Shown piece by piece: positions 48,101-50,746 of a DNA stretch of 50,746 bases. The stretch lies in assembly GCA_049999805.1 (NCBI GenBank), contig JBNGIO010006293.1, positions 1-50,746 of the forward strand. The letters are read 5' to 3'. The notes below the pieces were generated by a model. It was not told the origin of the DNA and searched no databases. It saw only the letters and a program-made list of their open reading frames with translations. Numbering within the stretch: the first letter of the stretch is position 1; each line of letters opens with the position of its first letter. The position numbers and the translations under genes were made by a program. This DNA comes from Folioceros fuciformis (lineage: Eukaryota).

Positions 48101-49487
48101 CTTTGCTACAGCAGGGGTGTGCAAGAGGATCAAGGTCTTTGAGTGTGATGCGGTACTCAATGAGCATGTTGATATTCATTACCCGGTGGTGGAAATGACA
48201 AGTAGATCGAAGTTGAGCAGCGTCTGTTGGAACAGTTACATCAAGAGTCACATTGCATCAAGTGACTACGAAGGTGTTGTGCAGGTTTGTGTTGTCCCCT
48301 ACTTGTTTCACAAGGTCTGTCAGTACTGTTGATAGATCGTGTCCTGGCTGACGATGTTCTGAGATCTTTTGAGCCACTTGCCCTCATGTCTTTCATTTTC
48401 TCGGTTTCGTTTTAATGGCCTTTGACACGAGCAAAGTGAGCTGACTTTTTCTTGTGCGAATTGCAGTTGTGGGATGCTAATACTAGTCAAACTCTGATGG
48501 AGTATGAGGAACATGAGAAGCGTGCCTGGTCTGTGGACTTCTCTCATGCCGATCCGACGAAGTTGGCAAGTGGTAGTGATGACGGATGTGTGAAACTCTG
48601 GAGTATAAATCAGGTAAGGAAATTTCACGACAGCGTGCTACTTTCATCTCCTGTCAGGATATGTTGGGGTGGTTTTGAATCATCTTTGTCATGAAATGTG
48701 CAGGAGACCAGCATAGGGACGATCAAAACCAAGGCGAACGTGTGCTGTGTACAGTTTCCAGCGGATTCCGCACACTTGCTTGCTTTTGGCTCTGCAGACT
48801 ATCGGATCTTCTGCTATGACCTGCGAAATACCAAGATGCCTCTGTGCATTCTCGCAAACCATAACAAAGCTGTCAGCTATGTCAAGTTTGTGGATAGCGG
48901 CACTCTTGTTTCCGCATCTACAGACAACACTCTGAAGCTATGGGATATCACTAAGGCTAGTGCGCAGGGCGGTGTTACAACAGCATGTTCCCTTACATAT
49001 ACTGGACACACAAATGAAAAGGTTAGCTTAACCTCAGTCTCAAGTCTTTTTACATTCACAAGAACTTGCCCTCATCCCCCACCAATGTCTCATTTCGCCA
49101 GTCTGTGACTTTGTTGCAGAACTTTGTCGGACTCACAGTAGCGGACGGCTATATAGCGTGTGGGGCAGAGACAAATGCTGTATATGTTCAACCTTTTGAC
49201 TGCGATTGTGTTGGCATTCAATTCAGCGGGTCACTTTTATGGTGCGGCATGGTCGTGGATGATCCTGTACTGACTCAGCCCCTGGTTGGTCTCAGGTTTA
49301 TGCATATCACAAATCACTGCCAATGCCCATGGCATCACACAGATTCGGTTGCGCAGATCCTGTGACTGGGCAGGAAACCGAAGATGATGGTGGGCAATTT
49401 GTGTCGAGCGTCTGCTGGAGGGGCAGGTCGCACATGCTCGTTGCTGCAAATTCCATGGGTAATATAAAATTCTTAGAACTTATGTAG
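45110..49487 (+). CDS. SPA: SUPPRESSOR OF PHYA-105 (SPA1-family) protein: kinase-like domain, coiled coil, WD40; 7 exons, ~1190 aa
   Basis: [67 protein letters not shown] coiled coil, and WD40 motifs [65 protein letters not shown]. Exons 45110-46780, 46922-47079, 47258-48284, 48467-48613, 48704-49021, 49120-49179, 49296-49487 join in frame (3573 nt). Confidence 0.96.
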
Positions 49488-50399
49488 GCTGTAGGGTAGG
49501 AGAGATGTGGTAGGTTGAGTTGGTTAGGGGCTCCGCGCTGTACTGCAGGGCTTCATTTTTGGGGCGCTGGATCAGTTCAGTGCCTCGTCCAACCCGGAGG
49601 TTGGTAGGTAGATTGAACAGGAGAAGCGGGCAAGATTTGCGAGAGTGTAGTTTACGATCCGGCTACACCTCCGTTGTATAGATCGGAGAGGTGTGCGCTA
49701 CCTCTAGGCTATGTATGATATTGTGGATGCCTCCACATGAGACGAGACCCATTTTGTTCCATATTTTGTCATCACAATTTTTTCAGGTTCATTGCCAAGG
49801 CTTGCACAGGCGGCAGGAGCTTTTGGTACACACGAAGTAATGAGGTACATATCTCGAGGCCGGCGCAAATGGTTTTGCCTCCGGCATCCCATATGTCATG
49901 GGGCTATGCCCACTCCCACCCACTGCGCATGTCCACACCATCTCGCACACGTGACCGTTGGACGGCAAACAGCTTGCCACGCCCGTTTGGACGCCCGCTC
50001 CCTTACACGCCGTCCCCATGTTGTGCCAGGGTACACTTATGCCAGGGGGATTAGTTTTGTTTCTAAACATCAAAAGACCCTTACTATCCATTTCAGTGCT
50101 TGGGTGTTTTTTGCGCCCACCTCAAGCCGAACTCTCAAGGGCCCAGGTTTGAGACAGAAAGTAGGTTTCGTGCACAATGGCAGTGTGATCCAGTATGCAG
50201 CGCCTGCACAATGGTAGTGTATGGTTGTTCATTCACACAGCCTTTCCACGTTTTCACGCTGCCTAAACCCATTGGGGGAGAAAGCTTGCTCCTGTAAAAT
50301 TCTTGGCTTATGTTTGGTGTCTAGTTTCACAGCTCATTTGAAGGCAAATCATTTAGGGTTTGTTTGGCCGAAAACGGCCATCAAACTCCCCAACAATGG

Positions 50400-50746
50400 G
50401 TGGAAAACGGATGCATAACAACAAGATTGCAGCAGGATGTTTCTTCCAGATCGCTTCATGCACTATTTGCAGAATGACCTGGCCAATATTTGGAATCGAA
50501 GCACCTTTACATCGGCTACAGAATGATATGTCTGTACTTTGGTTTGGCATCCAAATGCTTGCGGTATCATTGAAAAATGGATGCATAACAACAAGACATC
50601 CAAATGCTTGCGGTATGATTGAAAAACGAATGCATAACAACAAGATTGCAGCAAAACTTTTTTACCAGATCGCTTCATGCACTATTTGCAGAATGTCCTA
50701 GCCAATATCTCGAATCAAAGCTCTCTGCACGGGCTACAGAATGATA
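50400..50746. repeat. Long-period tandem repeat (~220-bp spacing, 2 copies visible) with an internal 49-bp duplication
   Basis: ATGCATAACAACAAGATTGCAGCA..CCAGATCGCTTCATGCACTATTTGCAGAATG at ~50411 and ~50630; CATCCAAATGCTTGCGGTAT at ~50548 and ~50597. Confidence 0.8.

Noticed and set aside
49704-50418. Short ORFs downstream of SPA
   Set aside because: No motifs or splice-consistent model; likely 3' UTR or intergenic DNA.

Overview
This is eukaryotic land-plant DNA with GC-rich genes and short (~80-140 bp) GT-AG introns, separated by decayed, mostly AT-rich transposon blocks. The style suggests a compact non-seed-plant genome such as a hornwort or lycophyte (inference). Seven host genes can be reconstructed by hand: the TYW3-Kelch-TYW2 wybutosine fusion gene; a six-exon 169-aa membrane-anchored protein with two ribbon-helix-helix-like repeats (not visible in the ORF track); a plastid-targeted At4g22030/PIG93-like protein with two SLATT-like 2TM modules; TANGO2/NRDE; an FHA-AAA ATPase; a conserved uncharacterised protein on the minus strand; and a SPA1-family gene. 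Intergenic DNA holds two LTR relics, two PIF/Harbinger relics, a SWIM/MULE relic, an intron-containing legumain (VPE) pseudogene fragment, four CRE-like non-LTR fragments, several minisatellites and two hairpins. No CRISPR array, rRNA or tRNA is supported. The best novelty candidates are the tandem-RHH-like gene at 5677-6630 and the SLATT-like reading of 7321-8790. All family calls come from motif recognition, not database searches.
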